A stretch of 64,000 bases of DNA from an uncultured Clostridia bacterium (GCA_946621465.1 CAMOOO010000001.1:896386-960385), one strand, 5' to 3'; shown: positions 10,655 to 20,761, counted from the first letter of the stretch. Translations and numbers: made by a program. The notes: generated by a model from the letters alone, not told the origin.

Positions 10655-11416
10655 ATGGAAAATACCAACTACACCATTGCGCTACTGATTGATACGGACA
10701 ACGTATCGAGTAAATACATGGGAGCGCTGGAAAAGGAACTGAACGTTCTCGGAAAGGTGACCTACCGGCGTATGTACGGCGACTTTGCCAGGTCCGGCGC
10801 GGAAGGATGGCGCAATATCGTCAACGAGTACTCCATAACGCCCGTCCAACAATACACCTACACCACCGGCAAAAACGCCACCGACTCGCGTATGGTCATC
10901 GACGCGATGGATATCCTCTATTCGCGTAACGTAAACGCCTTTTGTCTGCTTTCTAGCGACAGCGACTTCACAGGCCTAGCTAAACGCCTACGCGAAAGTA
11001 ATATTTTCGTCATCGGCGCGGGTGAGAGAAAAACTCCCCTTTCTTTTGTCAAGGCCTGCGACAGGTTTTTCGTTCTGGAAGACTTGATCGCAAAAGAAGA
11101 ACCGAAGAAAAAGACGAAGAAAAAGAAATCGGAAAAGCCCTCGTCCAAGACCGCCGCGCAATCGGCGAAGGAAACCACCATCGAAGAGCAACCGCTGACC
11201 CAAGAAGAGGTTGAGGATTTCGTCGTGCGCGTGCTGGAATCCATGAACGGCGCCAGATGTTCTCTTGAACAGCTGATCAATAAAATCTTCCAAGCCTATC
11301 CGCAATTCGATTTCAAATCCTTCGGCGCGAAAAAATCCTATGACTTTTTCTCCAAAGAAAAGTTCATTATCACGCAGGCGGAAAACAGTAATATGTTTAT
11401 TGAGCTGAGATCTTGA
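10655..11416 (+). CDS. NYN (LabA-like) RNase domain protein with C-terminal OST-HTH/LOTUS-like domain
   Basis: 253 aa. LLIDTDN, ATDSRMVIDAMD and LLSSDSDFTGLAKRLRE (NYN acidic residues), then a Lys-rich linker and a helical C-terminal domain. Confidence 0.7.
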   Translation: MENTNYTIALLIDTDNVSSKYMGALEKELNVLGKVTYRRMYGDFARSGAEGWRNIVNEYSITPVQQYTYTTGKNATDSRMVIDAMDILYSRNVNAFCLLSSDSDFTGLAKRLRESNIFVIGAGERKTPLSFVKACDRFFVLEDLIAKEEPKKKTKKKKSEKPSSKTAAQSAKETTIEEQPLTQEEVEDFVVRVLESMNGARCSLEQLINKIFQAYPQFDFKSFGAKKSYDFFSKEKFIITQAENSNMFIELRS

Positions 11417-12738
11417 TTTATCCCGTAAAAGTAAAGAAAAAGCCAAAGATCATTATTGTCGGCGCCGGTATCGGCGGACTTTCGTTTGCCTATAAATACA
11501 AAGGGATCGCCGAGATCGTCGTTTACGAAAAAAACAGCCCCGACAAGCTGGGATTCCCCTGGTACGACTCGGTCAAAGCCGACGCTTTTTCCGATACGAA
11601 AATTCCGCTCCCGACGGATGGGGTAAGCGGACGGAAAAAGATAGATATGTTTTCTCCCGGCGGCGCAGGACACCTTCCGCAACGGGAAAAAACGGTCAAA
11701 ATGGGATATGAGATCGACAGAGTATCCCTTATAAAACACCTGTTACAACTAGCCGGCGAAAAAGCGACTATCGTTTACGGGCGAGAGGTAACCGGACTGA
11801 TTAAACAATCGGGCAAGGTGGTCGGCGTAATTTTTAAGGACGGGAGCAAAGAGGAATGCGACCTTGTTTTGGACGCTTGCGGTCCCTTCTCTTGTCTAAG
11901 AAAATTCGTATGCGACAACGAACAAGACTATATGCCCCTGCCGGAAGATATCCTCTATTGCAAGCGCGGGATGTACCGCATAAAGGAGGGCGTTAAGGTC
12001 AATCCCGGCAACGAAGTATACATAAAACACATGGGCGGTTCGGCAATTTCCTGGTGTCGGCATACGCCGGAAGGAAAGTATCTGGACGTGTTTATTTCTT
12101 CCTTAGGGAAACCGCTTACCGAAGAATACCTGACGCAGGCAATGGATGACATTCGTATGCGTAACGGCGCATTATCGGAGGAAGTAATCGTCCGCTTGGA
12201 GCGGCTATCTCTCCGCTATCCTCTTTCGCAAATGGTTTACGACGGGTACGCCGCCGTTGGTGACAGTGCCTATGCAACCAATCCCGTCAGCGGTTGCGGT
12301 ATAGACAGCGCCATGCGCGCAGGAAGTATCCTTGCCGAAACCATCAATACCGCAAAAAACTTTTCCGTCGCGTCCTTGTGGGATTATCAATCCCGTTTTA
12401 TGCGGAGCGTCGGCTCTACCCTGATTGCTCTTGACGTAATAAAGCGGTGGCTGGACACCGCCGACCCTGCCGATATCGACTGGCTTTTCGGCTCCGTCAT
12501 CGGAGAAGAAATCGTCACCTTTCTCAATTCTGACAACGCACTGAAAAATTTCAATCCGAAAATGTTTCTTGACAAGATCCCCGTAGCTTTCGACAGAAAG
12601 GACCTTTTAAGCGAGGCGTTCCGCGTCTTCTCTTCCGCCGGCGCGGCAAAGGCTTTTGCCATGCTCATTCCGCCGGTATACAATAAAAAAGCCGTACTTT
12701 CCTGGCGTAAAAAGTACGACTCTTTTGTCAGAAAATAA
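11413..12738 (+). CDS. FAD-dependent oxidoreductase (geranylgeranyl-reductase-like)
   Basis: 441 aa. Dinucleotide-binding motif IIIVGAGIGGLSFAY near the N-terminus and a GD-type motif AAVGDSA. TTG start overlaps the upstream stop. Confidence 0.6.
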   Translation: MIYPVKVKKKPKIIIVGAGIGGLSFAYKYKGIAEIVVYEKNSPDKLGFPWYDSVKADAFSDTKIPLPTDGVSGRKKIDMFSPGGAGHLPQREKTVKMGYEIDRVSLIKHLLQLAGEKATIVYGREVTGLIKQSGKVVGVIFKDGSKEECDLVLDACGPFSCLRKFVCDNEQDYMPLPEDILYCKRGMYRIKEGVKVNPGNEVYIKHMGGSAISWCRHTPEGKYLDVFISSLGKPLTEEYLTQAMDDIRMRNGALSEEVIVRLERLSLRYPLSQMVYDGYAAVGDSAYATNPVSGCGIDSAMRAGSILAETINTAKNFSVASLWDYQSRFMRSVGSTLIALDVIKRWLDTADPADIDWLFGSVIGEEIVTFLNSDNALKNFNPKMFLDKIPVAFDRKDLLSEAFRVFSSAGAAKAFAMLIPPVYNKKAVLSWRKKYDSFVRK

Positions 12739-12744
12739 CTGTCT

Positions 12745-14001
12745 TTATCCGAGATAAGACCCTAAAAAGACCGGTAACATCGTTTCCGTATCCAAGATCA
12801 TATAAATAAACGGCCTGTCCAAAATAACGTACTTTACGGACTCTTTTTGCGGTCCGGCGGAAGTTGCCTTATTCATTTCCACCACCGTTGCCGCGGCGGC
12901 CTCCGTCCCCTTTTCATTCACGGACATGAACGTTTTATGGATGACGCGGTTGATGTAGATATTGTCCCCTTCCGGCACCTTACCCAGTTTGGAAAAGTCG
13001 GCGTCCATCGGCATGAATGCGTCCGTCATCCCCATTCCTTGCAGAACTTCGCTCATTTCCATGTTATAGTAGGTATCGAATTTAAGTAGCCCGGTAATCA
13101 CCCTGGCGATTTGTCTCGTTTCGTATAGGGTATTGAACCGCTCTGCGGAAAAGGCGGCGACAAAGTCGGACATCGTTATCCCCTCTCTTGGCAGAAACGC
13201 CGCAAAAACGTATCTGCCGCCCTCGAAGGGTTTCATCGTGCCGGTACACATTTCATCGGAAAAATAGATATTCTCGGTGGAGTTCATTATTTTTACCGAC
13301 TTGGTCTCTCCGTTTTCTTTGGTGAAGACGGAATCCTGCACGTTTCCGTCATAATATTGATTCACCCAGTTGGCATTGAAATAAAGGGCGTTGACGAGGT
13401 ACATTACAGCGTCCTCGTCCATATTTTCCAGTATTTTTTTGATCTTTCCGGCAGTGTTATCTTCCACCCATTTATTGATGGCCTTTCGCGTGGCTTCGTC
13501 AAAGACAGCTTCGTACAGTCCTGCGCCGTAATAGTCGGCGTTGAGTTGCAAAAAATCGGGATCGGCGGTAAAGGACTCCGAACTTTGCTTAAACCAGATG
13601 GAGTTCGCCATCCGCATTTTTCCGTCCTCTTTTTCCAGAGATTTGGCATAGGTATAAAGTAGGTCGTTCAGTTGTCCCGTCTCTCCGCCCAAAACTTCTT
13701 CCATCTGCGCTTTCGTATTGCCGTCGGCGCCGTTTGCCGTCATCGCCAAAGCACATAAAACGGAGAGCGGAGAAATAAGGGTATTGTTACTTGCGGAATA
13801 GCAGGACCGGAACAAATTAAAACAGAAATCGCTTGCGTCGGCAGAGGGGTCTTGCAATGGCGTCACGTTCCGGGCGACGACCCCTTCGGTCAGGTCGGTT
13901 ACGTTCGCGTCCTTAGCGGAAATCTTATTTCCGTCGTCCTCTTGGCAGGCGCAAAACACCAGGCACAGGACAACCAGCAGTAGCGCAACGGCTTTTTTCA
14001 T
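12745..14001 (-). CDS. serpin-family protease inhibitor, lipoprotein-type signal
   Basis: 418 aa. Signal peptide/lipobox LVFCAC; serpin N-terminal LISPLSVLCALAMTANGA; hinge/reactive-centre loop EKGTEAAAATVVEMNKAT; C-terminal DRPFIYMILD. Confidence 0.85.
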   Translation of the reverse strand: MKKAVALLLVVLCLVFCACQEDDGNKISAKDANVTDLTEGVVARNVTPLQDPSADASDFCFNLFRSCYSASNNTLISPLSVLCALAMTANGADGNTKAQMEEVLGGETGQLNDLLYTYAKSLEKEDGKMRMANSIWFKQSSESFTADPDFLQLNADYYGAGLYEAVFDEATRKAINKWVEDNTAGKIKKILENMDEDAVMYLVNALYFNANWVNQYYDGNVQDSVFTKENGETKSVKIMNSTENIYFSDEMCTGTMKPFEGGRYVFAAFLPREGITMSDFVAAFSAERFNTLYETRQIARVITGLLKFDTYYNMEMSEVLQGMGMTDAFMPMDADFSKLGKVPEGDNIYINRVIHKTFMSVNEKGTEAAAATVVEMNKATSAGPQKESVKYVILDRPFIYMILDTETMLPVFLGSYLG

Positions 14002-14190
14002 AACATTCCTCCTTTCAATTAAAAGGTAACGGTTCCTCTTCCTATAATAATGATACCATATTTATACCGACCTGTAAATATCCGTTCGGACGCGAACGCC
14101 ATTTTTTTATTAAAACGTCATTGCTTGATTATTGCTTCTCCGTTATGATATACTGGAATGGCATAAAATAATTTTTAACCGGAGCAAAAA

Positions 14191-15222
14191 ATGAAAGGTC
14201 ACTCTCTTTGGACAAAACTGATTCTGCGTTCCTATCATTGGAAACCGACAAGTAAGATCATCCGCTACGAAAATAACCCCGTACTCTCGGCAAAAGACAT
14301 CCCCTACCCTGCCACCCTCATTTTCAACGCCGGCGTGGTTAAATTCAAGGGGAAATACCTGATGGCTTTTCGCGACGACTTCCGGTTCGACCCCGTCTTT
14401 AAAAAGAAGCTCCGCACCCATATCGGTCTTGCAACCAGCGACGACGGAATTCATTTTACTCCTTTTGACAAGCCCTTTATTGATTTCGACGCAATCCACA
14501 AAGGCGAAGTGGAGCGGATGTACGATCCCCGGCTCACCATTATCGATAACGAACTTTATCTTTGCTTTGCCCAAGACACCAAACACGGACTTCGGGGCGG
14601 CATCGCCCGGATTTTCGACGATCTGTCCGGGTACGAGATCCTTTCTCTTTCCGTCCCCGATAACAGAAATATGGTTTTATTCCCCGAAAAAATCAACGGG
14701 AAATTCCTTCGACTGGAACGACCCATGCCCGTCTACTCGCGCGGAGGAAAAGAACTGTTCGACGCCTGGATATCCTTTTCTCCCGACCTCAAATACTGGG
14801 GAGAAAGCTCCCTTCTTCTGCCGCAGGAAAAAGTACCTTTCTCCAACTGCAAAGTCGGTCCCGCCGCGCCGCCTGTCAAGACGGACAAAGGCTGGCTGGT
14901 ACTCTTCCATGCCGTCAAAAAAGACAAACGTCTCCTCAAAAACGGATGGGAAAGACGGTGGACAAAGGTCTACACGGCAGGGCTGATGCTCCTCGATACT
15001 GACGACCCGACAAAAATTATCGGTATCTACGACCAGCCCCTTCTCTTTCCCCAGGCGCCTTACGAACTTTATGGTGGCTTCAGGAATAACGCCATTTTCC
15101 CCTGCGGTATGGTCCTCGAAGAGGACGGCGAAGTCAAAATTTATTACGGTGCCGGCGATACCGTCACCTGCTTAGCTACGGCGCGCGTAGAGGACCTTAT
15201 TGACCTTTGCATAAAAAAATAA
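14191..15222 (+). CDS. GH130 beta-mannoside phosphorylase/hydrolase family
   Basis: 343 aa. NPVLSAKDIPYPA..IFNAGVVKFKGKYLMAFRDD, YDPRLTIIDNELYLCF, NGKFLRLERP and a YYGAGDT tail. Confidence 0.8.
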   Translation: MKGHSLWTKLILRSYHWKPTSKIIRYENNPVLSAKDIPYPATLIFNAGVVKFKGKYLMAFRDDFRFDPVFKKKLRTHIGLATSDDGIHFTPFDKPFIDFDAIHKGEVERMYDPRLTIIDNELYLCFAQDTKHGLRGGIARIFDDLSGYEILSLSVPDNRNMVLFPEKINGKFLRLERPMPVYSRGGKELFDAWISFSPDLKYWGESSLLLPQEKVPFSNCKVGPAAPPVKTDKGWLVLFHAVKKDKRLLKNGWERRWTKVYTAGLMLLDTDDPTKIIGIYDQPLLFPQAPYELYGGFRNNAIFPCGMVLEEDGEVKIYYGAGDTVTCLATARVEDLIDLCIKK

Positions 15223-15993
15223 TCAGAATACCGACTGCGCCGAATAGACGACACAACAAAGAAAATAACGTAGCTGGCCTAGCTGCGTTATTTTTTCCGT
15301 CGCCGAAAGACTAAACCCGTCCAATCCCTCGACCGTCAAATCAATAAGGCTCCTCTTTTCTCCCTCGTATCTTACCTTTTCACCTTCAAAGAGTTCTTTA
15401 TGAACGCGCAAAACGGTGGTTACGTCCGCTTCCGTCACCGTCCCCCGTTCCCAGTCGGCTATGTACTTTTCCATGTCCCTGACGAGGTTGTCCACCATCT
15501 TTGCAAGGTTATCCTTTGATTTATAGCTGACCGTCTCTATTTTGGTGACTTTGTTTTTACTCTGCACCCCTAACGCCGTCGTTTTGTCGGTGTAGACGGA
15601 ATAGGCGACGCAGTATTCCTCTTCTCCCATGATATATCCGCCGCCGCCACCTTGACGCACTTCTAACCCTGCGGCGTAGGCGGTAAAACGGGAGGAAGCC
15701 GGCTCCACCACAAAATAATATTCATAAGTCTCCCCGGAAAAGGCCTTTGTCACGGCGTCCGATAAAAAACCTTTCCCAAAAAAATCGGCTAAGAAAAACA
15801 CCAGACCAAAACAAAGCAGGATGGTCACAAAGTACAGTAATACTCTTCCCTTTTTCCCCTTTTTACCTCCCCTTCTTTTTTTAAACGATCTTACTTCGTT
15901 TATTTCGGGGTGGGTGGGCGGGACAATATCCTCCTTTTCGGTCGGTCTTTGCCTCTCGTAATAAAACTTCGTATAGTCCACTTCGTCCCGCAT
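15223..15993 (-). CDS. hypothetical membrane protein, possibly with a SPOR-like ectodomain
   Basis: 256 aa. Basic cytoplasmic N-terminus (KKRRGGKKGKKGR), one TM helix, then a YYFVVEPASS...AAGLEVRQGGGGGYI segment reminiscent of SPOR domains. Confidence 0.5.
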   Translation of the reverse strand: MRDEVDYTKFYYERQRPTEKEDIVPPTHPEINEVRSFKKRRGGKKGKKGRVLLYFVTILLCFGLVFFLADFFGKGFLSDAVTKAFSGETYEYYFVVEPASSRFTAYAAGLEVRQGGGGGYIMGEEEYCVAYSVYTDKTTALGVQSKNKVTKIETVSYKSKDNLAKMVDNLVRDMEKYIADWERGTVTEADVTTVLRVHKELFEGEKVRYEGEKRSLIDLTVEGLDGFSLSATEKITQLGQLRYFLCCVVYSAQSVF

Positions 15994-16083
15994 ATTGATA
16001 ATCTATGCGCCAAACAAAAAAACTATTGCAACAATTTTTCATATATGGTACAATTTTATTACTGTTTTTCGGAGGTTTTCTTT

Positions 16084-16542
16084 ATGGATAAATGGGATAA
16101 GAGGTTTATGAACATGACGTACGTTGTCGCAAGCTGGAGCAGCTGCTACAAAGAAAACCGCCAAGTTGGTTCCGTTATCGTACGCGACAAAAGGATCCTC
16201 ACCACCGGCTACAACGGCGCAAGTAGCGGTCTGGTCTCCTGTAAAGAAAAAGGCGAATGTATCCGCCAAAAACTGGGGATCGCCTCCGGCACCCGTCACG
16301 AACTGTGCTATGCCGTCCATGCCGAACAGAACGCCATTATTCAGGCGGCCAAGCTGGGCGTTTCCGTTGACGGAGCCACCCTTTACGTTACTCACCAACC
16401 CTGCGCCATCTGCACGAAAATGATAATAAACAGCGGTATCAAACGCATCGTCTACCGCGAAGGATACCCGGATGACTTTTCCCGTCAACTGCTCGAAGAA
16501 AGCGGCATCCTCGTGGAAAAGTTCGAGGATAGTTTAGAATAA
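16084..16542 (+). CDS. comEB: dCMP deaminase (ComEB-type cytidine/deoxycytidylate deaminase)
   Basis: ORF 15910..16542, start moved to MDKWDKRF (ATG 16084). Zinc motifs HAEQNAI and PCAICTKMI. Confidence 0.85.
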   Translation: MDKWDKRFMNMTYVVASWSSCYKENRQVGSVIVRDKRILTTGYNGASSGLVSCKEKGECIRQKLGIASGTRHELCYAVHAEQNAIIQAAKLGVSVDGATLYVTHQPCAICTKMIINSGIKRIVYREGYPDDFSRQLLEESGILVEKFEDSLE

Positions 16543-16595
16543 CCTTCCCTTTTCATTCCGAATATTTAATTTAGATTGCGACATACTACGGGTAT

Positions 16596-17258
16596 ATGCT
16601 GACCGTGGTACTTCGTTCTTTAATCGTATTTGTCGTTCTCATTGCCGGTGTGCGCCTGATGGGTAAACGCACCATAGGCGAATTGCAACCGTATGAGTTC
16701 GTCATCACCCTCGCGGTTGCGGACCTGGCTTGCACCCCCATGCAGGACGTATCCGTACCCCTCTTGTACGGTATTATTCCCATTCTCGTACTTTTCGTCG
16801 TACACTATCTACTTACCCTCGTCACTACCAAATCTCAACGCTTCCGGAAATTCCTCAACGGGCGTCCCTTTATCGTCATCGACGGCGACGGGATCAACAG
16901 CGAATGCTTAACTAAGCTCAATCTCTCCGTCAACGACCTACTCGCCCTCATCCGCCAGCAAGGTTATTTTTCCATTCCCGAAATCGCCTACGGTATCATC
17001 GAAACCAACGGTAAACTCTCCGTTTTGCAAAACGAAAACGCCACGGCCCCTTCTTCCGTCCCCATGACGTTGGTCGTGGAAGGTAAACTGCTCGGCGAAA
17101 ACGCCGAAAAGATAGCTTTGGACAAGCAAAAAATTCAACAAGTCATCTCCGACCAAAACCTCAAGATAAAAGACGTCGTTTTAATGACCGCCGAAAATAA
17201 ATCGGTCTTTATTCAGCCAAGAAACGCAAAGTATCTTATTCTCAATGATTGCTTATGA
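16596..17258 (+). CDS. DUF421 (YetF-like) membrane protein
   Basis: 220 aa. N-terminal TM helices and the GKRTIGELQPYEFVITLAVAD signature of the YetF family. Confidence 0.75.
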   Translation: MLTVVLRSLIVFVVLIAGVRLMGKRTIGELQPYEFVITLAVADLACTPMQDVSVPLLYGIIPILVLFVVHYLLTLVTTKSQRFRKFLNGRPFIVIDGDGINSECLTKLNLSVNDLLALIRQQGYFSIPEIAYGIIETNGKLSVLQNENATAPSSVPMTLVVEGKLLGENAEKIALDKQKIQQVISDQNLKIKDVVLMTAENKSVFIQPRNAKYLILNDCL

Positions 17259-17623
17259 AATGTAAAATTACCCTTTTTGTACTGACAATTCTGTTCCTGA
17301 CCGGAATATGCGTGGGCGAAAACTTATATTTAGACCGCACCTTCAACGAGTTTTCCGACAGGATTGAACAGATAAAACAACAGGACCCCTACGACCTGAA
17401 TACCGCTTTGGAAACGGAGCAGTGGTGGCTGTCCAAAGTCGAGATACTGGAACTGACCATGTCCATCCAACTCCTCAACGACGTCACCTACACCTACGGC
17501 GAGCTGATCGGCGCCATAAAAAAAGAGGACTACCAGTCGGCCTCCGGCTATCTGGAACGCCTCGAACTCTACGCTTCCTCCCTCTGCGATATGTACAAAG
17601 TAAAAATAAATAACGTCCTGTAA
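17255..17623 (+). CDS. small membrane-anchored protein, DUF4363-like partner of DUF421
   Basis: ORF 17249..17623 (TTG); ATG at 17255 gives MKCKITLFVLTILFL. The position directly after a DUF421 gene matches the pairing commonly seen in Clostridia. Confidence 0.5.
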   Translation: MKCKITLFVLTILFLTGICVGENLYLDRTFNEFSDRIEQIKQQDPYDLNTALETEQWWLSKVEILELTMSIQLLNDVTYTYGELIGAIKKEDYQSASGYLERLELYASSLCDMYKVKINNVL

Positions 17624-17631
17624 ATAAAAAA

Positions 17632-17668
17632 GCTGTGGAAAACGTCGTTCTCCACAGCCTCTTTTATC
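17632..17668 (+). terminator. putative rho-independent terminator
   Basis: GCTGTGGA...TCCACAGC 8-bp stem followed by CTCTTTTATC. Confidence 0.45.
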
Positions 17669-17796
17669 TATTGAAAAATAAAATCTTAATACTATTTGGA
17701 TGATTATACTGCTCACTATATCACATATTTTTAACTCATGCAACCGGTTGAGACGTCCTTGTTTGATTTTTTCCGTACGAAAAAAAATATGGCATT

Positions 17797-17821
17797 AAAA
17801 AAGACCCGGAGTGTTTCCGGG
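17797..17821 (-). terminator. rho-independent terminator for the 75-aa gene
   Basis: The minus strand reads CCCGGAAACACTCCGGG followed by TCTTTTTT. Confidence 0.55.
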
Positions 17822-17846
17822 CCCTTTTATTATTATTGGACTTTAC

Positions 17847-18074
17847 TTATTTTGCGAGGAAAAGATCGGCTTCTTTCTTACTCATCCTTTTGATGTTCTC
17901 CGCGGTGTAGGGTGATTTTGCTCCGCCGTTGACGTACAGGAAGAACTTTCCGCCTTCCGTCTCGTAGAGGCTCTCCTCAAATCCTGCCGGATCGCCGAAT
18001 TGACCCTCGGTATGCTTTTTTACCAGCTTTGCGCTGTCGGTATCGTATTCTACTTTGCAAATAACTTTTTTCAT
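17847..18074 (-). CDS. small hypothetical protein (75 aa)
   Basis: Compact ORF with RBS GGAGATAGG upstream, its own promoter and terminator. No recognisable domain. Confidence 0.5.
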   Translation of the reverse strand: MKKVICKVEYDTDSAKLVKKHTEGQFGDPAGFEESLYETEGGKFFLYVNGGAKSPYTAENIKRMSKKEADLFLAK

Positions 18075-18141
18075 GACTATCCTATCTCCTTTTTTATATA
18101 CTATTCACCAAGCTGCCGGGTTTTATACCCGATCGAGTAGG

Positions 18142-18170
18142 ATTATAGTTCTTTACAAAAGTATTTGCAA
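18142..18170 (-). promoter_or_regulatory. sigmaA-type promoter for the 75-aa gene
   Basis: Minus strand: TTGCAA (18170-18165), 17-nt spacer, TATAAT (18147-18142). Confidence 0.45.
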
Positions 18171-18219
18171 TCTTTTACGAAGCGATTATTATTTCTTTAA
18201 CCGTTTTTTTACCGATAGG

Positions 18220-18942
18220 CTATACGCCGTATAAGGGCGAAGGCTGACGTTTATGCTCGCTTGTTTTGTGGTACCGTTCGATGATGGCTTTTGCCTCGTC
18301 CGATACCGGCTTCCCTTCCATGTAATCGGTGATCTCGCGGTAGGTTACGCCCATTTCCTTCTCGTCCGTCTGTCCCTCGAACAGTCCCGCCGAGGGGGCT
18401 TTTTGGATGATGCTTTCGGGCGCGCCCAAATATTTCAGATACTCGAAAACTTCGGTGGCTTTTATATCGGCGATGGGGTTAAAGTCGAAGGCGCCGTCAC
18501 CCCATTTGGTGAAGTACCCCATATAGCGTTCGGATGCGTTCCCGGTGCCGGCAACAAGGTAACCGTACTTGGCGGCGATGGCATACAGGGTGGTCATACG
18601 GAGTCTGGGGGCGATGTTGATCAAAGAACCGTTAGGAAGCTCCATCCCGATATTCTTTACGATCGCCTGTTTTGCCTCGGTCAGATCGACGACGACGTGG
18701 TCGATGCCGAACTTTTCGCACAGTTTTTCGGCGTCGGACTTATCCGAGCCGTAGTTTGCTTTAGACTCGCAGGGCATAATAACCGCCAGTACGTTATCGG
18801 TCGCTTTTTTACTCAGGATCCCGACAAGGGCGCAGTCTTTGCCGCCGCTGTTGCCGAAAACGATGCCTTTGGCTCCCGTTTTTTTGAGCATTTCCCGAAT
18901 GTACTCAACCCGTTTAGAAACTTCTTTTTCAAAGTCGATCAT
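18220..18942 (-). CDS. nadE: ammonia-dependent NAD+ synthetase
   Basis: 240 aa. PP-loop variant FGNSGGKDCALV and a typical NadE C-terminus (ERYHKTSEHKRQ). Confidence 0.8.
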   Translation of the reverse strand: MIDFEKEVSKRVEYIREMLKKTGAKGIVFGNSGGKDCALVGILSKKATDNVLAVIMPCESKANYGSDKSDAEKLCEKFGIDHVVVDLTEAKQAIVKNIGMELPNGSLINIAPRLRMTTLYAIAAKYGYLVAGTGNASERYMGYFTKWGDGAFDFNPIADIKATEVFEYLKYLGAPESIIQKAPSAGLFEGQTDEKEMGVTYREITDYMEGKPVSDEAKAIIERYHKTSEHKRQPSPLYGV

Positions 18943-20732
18943 AAAATATTCTCCTTTAAATTCTTCTTCAGGATACGCAATTGTTTCTCCAGTTTTTCCG
19001 GCAGTTTATCGCCGAACCTTGCGTAGAACTTTTCGATGTCGGCAACTTCGTACTCCCAGCCCACTCTGTCTACGTCCAGGATGCTCTCGAGCTGTTCTTC
19101 GGTTACGTTTGTACCGCTCAGGTCGATGTCTTTCGGATAGGGCAGATATCCTATCGCCGTTTCGCGTGCGTCCACCTCGTCGTCGCAGCGACGGAGGATC
19201 CAGTCGAGGACGCGCAAGTTGTCGCCGAATCCCGGCCAAATGAAGTTGCCGTTCTCGTCGGTACGGAACCAGTTGACGTTAAAGATCTTCGGTCTGGACT
19301 TCATACGAGCGCCCATATCCAACCAGTGCTGGAAATAGTCGCACATATTGTACCCGCAGAACGGGAGCATTGCCATCGGGTCGTGACGAACGACGCCCAC
19401 TTTTCCGGTGGCTGCCGCCGTCGTTTCGCTGGTCATAATGGACCCTAAGAACACGCCGTGTTCCCAATCGCGCGCTTCGTACACAAGCGGTACGCATTTA
19501 GCTCTCCGTCCGCCGAAAATAAACGCTGAAATCGGCACTCCTCTGCCGTTCTCGAATTCTTTGCTGAGGCAGGGGCAGTTCTTAGCCGGGACGGTAAACC
19601 TGCTGTTGGGATGAGCGCCCTTTATCACCTTGCCTTCGGCGTCGGTCATGCCCTCTTTCCAGCGGCGACCGAGCCAGTCCTCTGCCCGTTCCGGCGCCGG
19701 TTCTTTTATTCCTTCCCACCAAACGTTGTTCTTTTTCGTATCCAGAACGACGTTGGTAAAGATGGTGTTTCTGCCCGTCATGGCAAGAGCGTTGGGGTTG
19801 GACTGCGCGTTGGTGCCGGGAGCTACGCCAAAGAAGCCGTTTTCCGGGTTGACGGCATAGAAGGTGCCGTTTCTTTTCCGTATCCAGGCGATATCGTCGC
19901 CCACCGTCCAGATCTTATATCCTTTTGCGCGATACCCTTCCGGGGGAATGAGCATGGCGAGATTGGTTTTTCCGCAGGCACTGGGGAAAGCGGCGCAGAC
20001 GTATTTAATAACGCCGTCCGGACGCTCGACGCCCAAAATAAGCATATGTTCCGCCATCCAGCCCTCTTTCCAGCCCTGATAGGAAGCGATCCTGAGCGCG
20101 AAGCATTTTTTACCGAGAAGGACGTTTCCGCCATATCCGCTATTAAGCGAGTAAATAACGTTATCCTGGGGGAACTGGCAGATGTATCTGTTTTCCGCGT
20201 CCAGATTGACTTTGCTGTGGATGCCTTTCACAAAGTTATCTCCCCCTTCCAGTTCGTCATAGACCTTAGAGGATACGCGCGTCATGATCTTCATATTGAG
20301 AACGACGTACAGACTGTCGGTAAGTTCGATACCGTACTTTGCAAAAGAGGAGCCGATTTTACCCATAGAAAACGGAATGACGTACATCGTGCGGCCTTTC
20401 ATTGCGCCTGCCGCGATGGCGTCCAGTTTTTGGTAGGCCTCTTTCGGGTCCATCCAGTTGTTGGTGACGCCGGCTTCTTCCTGCGTTTCGGTACAGATAA
20501 AGGTCCTGTCTTCCACTCTGGCAACGTCGTTTTCCGCCGTTCGGTGATAGAGGCACCCGGGGCGAAGGCTGTTGCTTAGCTTGATCACCTCGCCGGACGC
20601 AATGGCGTCGCTAACAAGCATTTTATGCTGTTCTTTCGATTCGTCCACCCAAACGACTTCGTCCGGTTGGAACAGTTTTCTGTATTTTTCCACAAAATCC
20701 AAAACGTATTTGTTGTCGGTCATAGTATGCAC
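18939..20732 (-). CDS. pckG: phosphoenolpyruvate carboxykinase (GTP)
   Basis: 597 aa with RTMYVIPFSMG, the FPSACGKTNLAML kinase-1a motif and WVGDDIAW-like TVGDDIAWI. 4-nt overlap with nadE. Confidence 0.9.
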   Translation of the reverse strand: MHTMTDNKYVLDFVEKYRKLFQPDEVVWVDESKEQHKMLVSDAIASGEVIKLSNSLRPGCLYHRTAENDVARVEDRTFICTETQEEAGVTNNWMDPKEAYQKLDAIAAGAMKGRTMYVIPFSMGKIGSSFAKYGIELTDSLYVVLNMKIMTRVSSKVYDELEGGDNFVKGIHSKVNLDAENRYICQFPQDNVIYSLNSGYGGNVLLGKKCFALRIASYQGWKEGWMAEHMLILGVERPDGVIKYVCAAFPSACGKTNLAMLIPPEGYRAKGYKIWTVGDDIAWIRKRNGTFYAVNPENGFFGVAPGTNAQSNPNALAMTGRNTIFTNVVLDTKKNNVWWEGIKEPAPERAEDWLGRRWKEGMTDAEGKVIKGAHPNSRFTVPAKNCPCLSKEFENGRGVPISAFIFGGRRAKCVPLVYEARDWEHGVFLGSIMTSETTAAATGKVGVVRHDPMAMLPFCGYNMCDYFQHWLDMGARMKSRPKIFNVNWFRTDENGNFIWPGFGDNLRVLDWILRRCDDEVDARETAIGYLPYPKDIDLSGTNVTEEQLESILDVDRVGWEYEVADIEKFYARFGDKLPEKLEKQLRILKKNLKENIL

Positions 20733-20761
20733 TCCTTTATAAAGCGTATTTTACGATGGTT

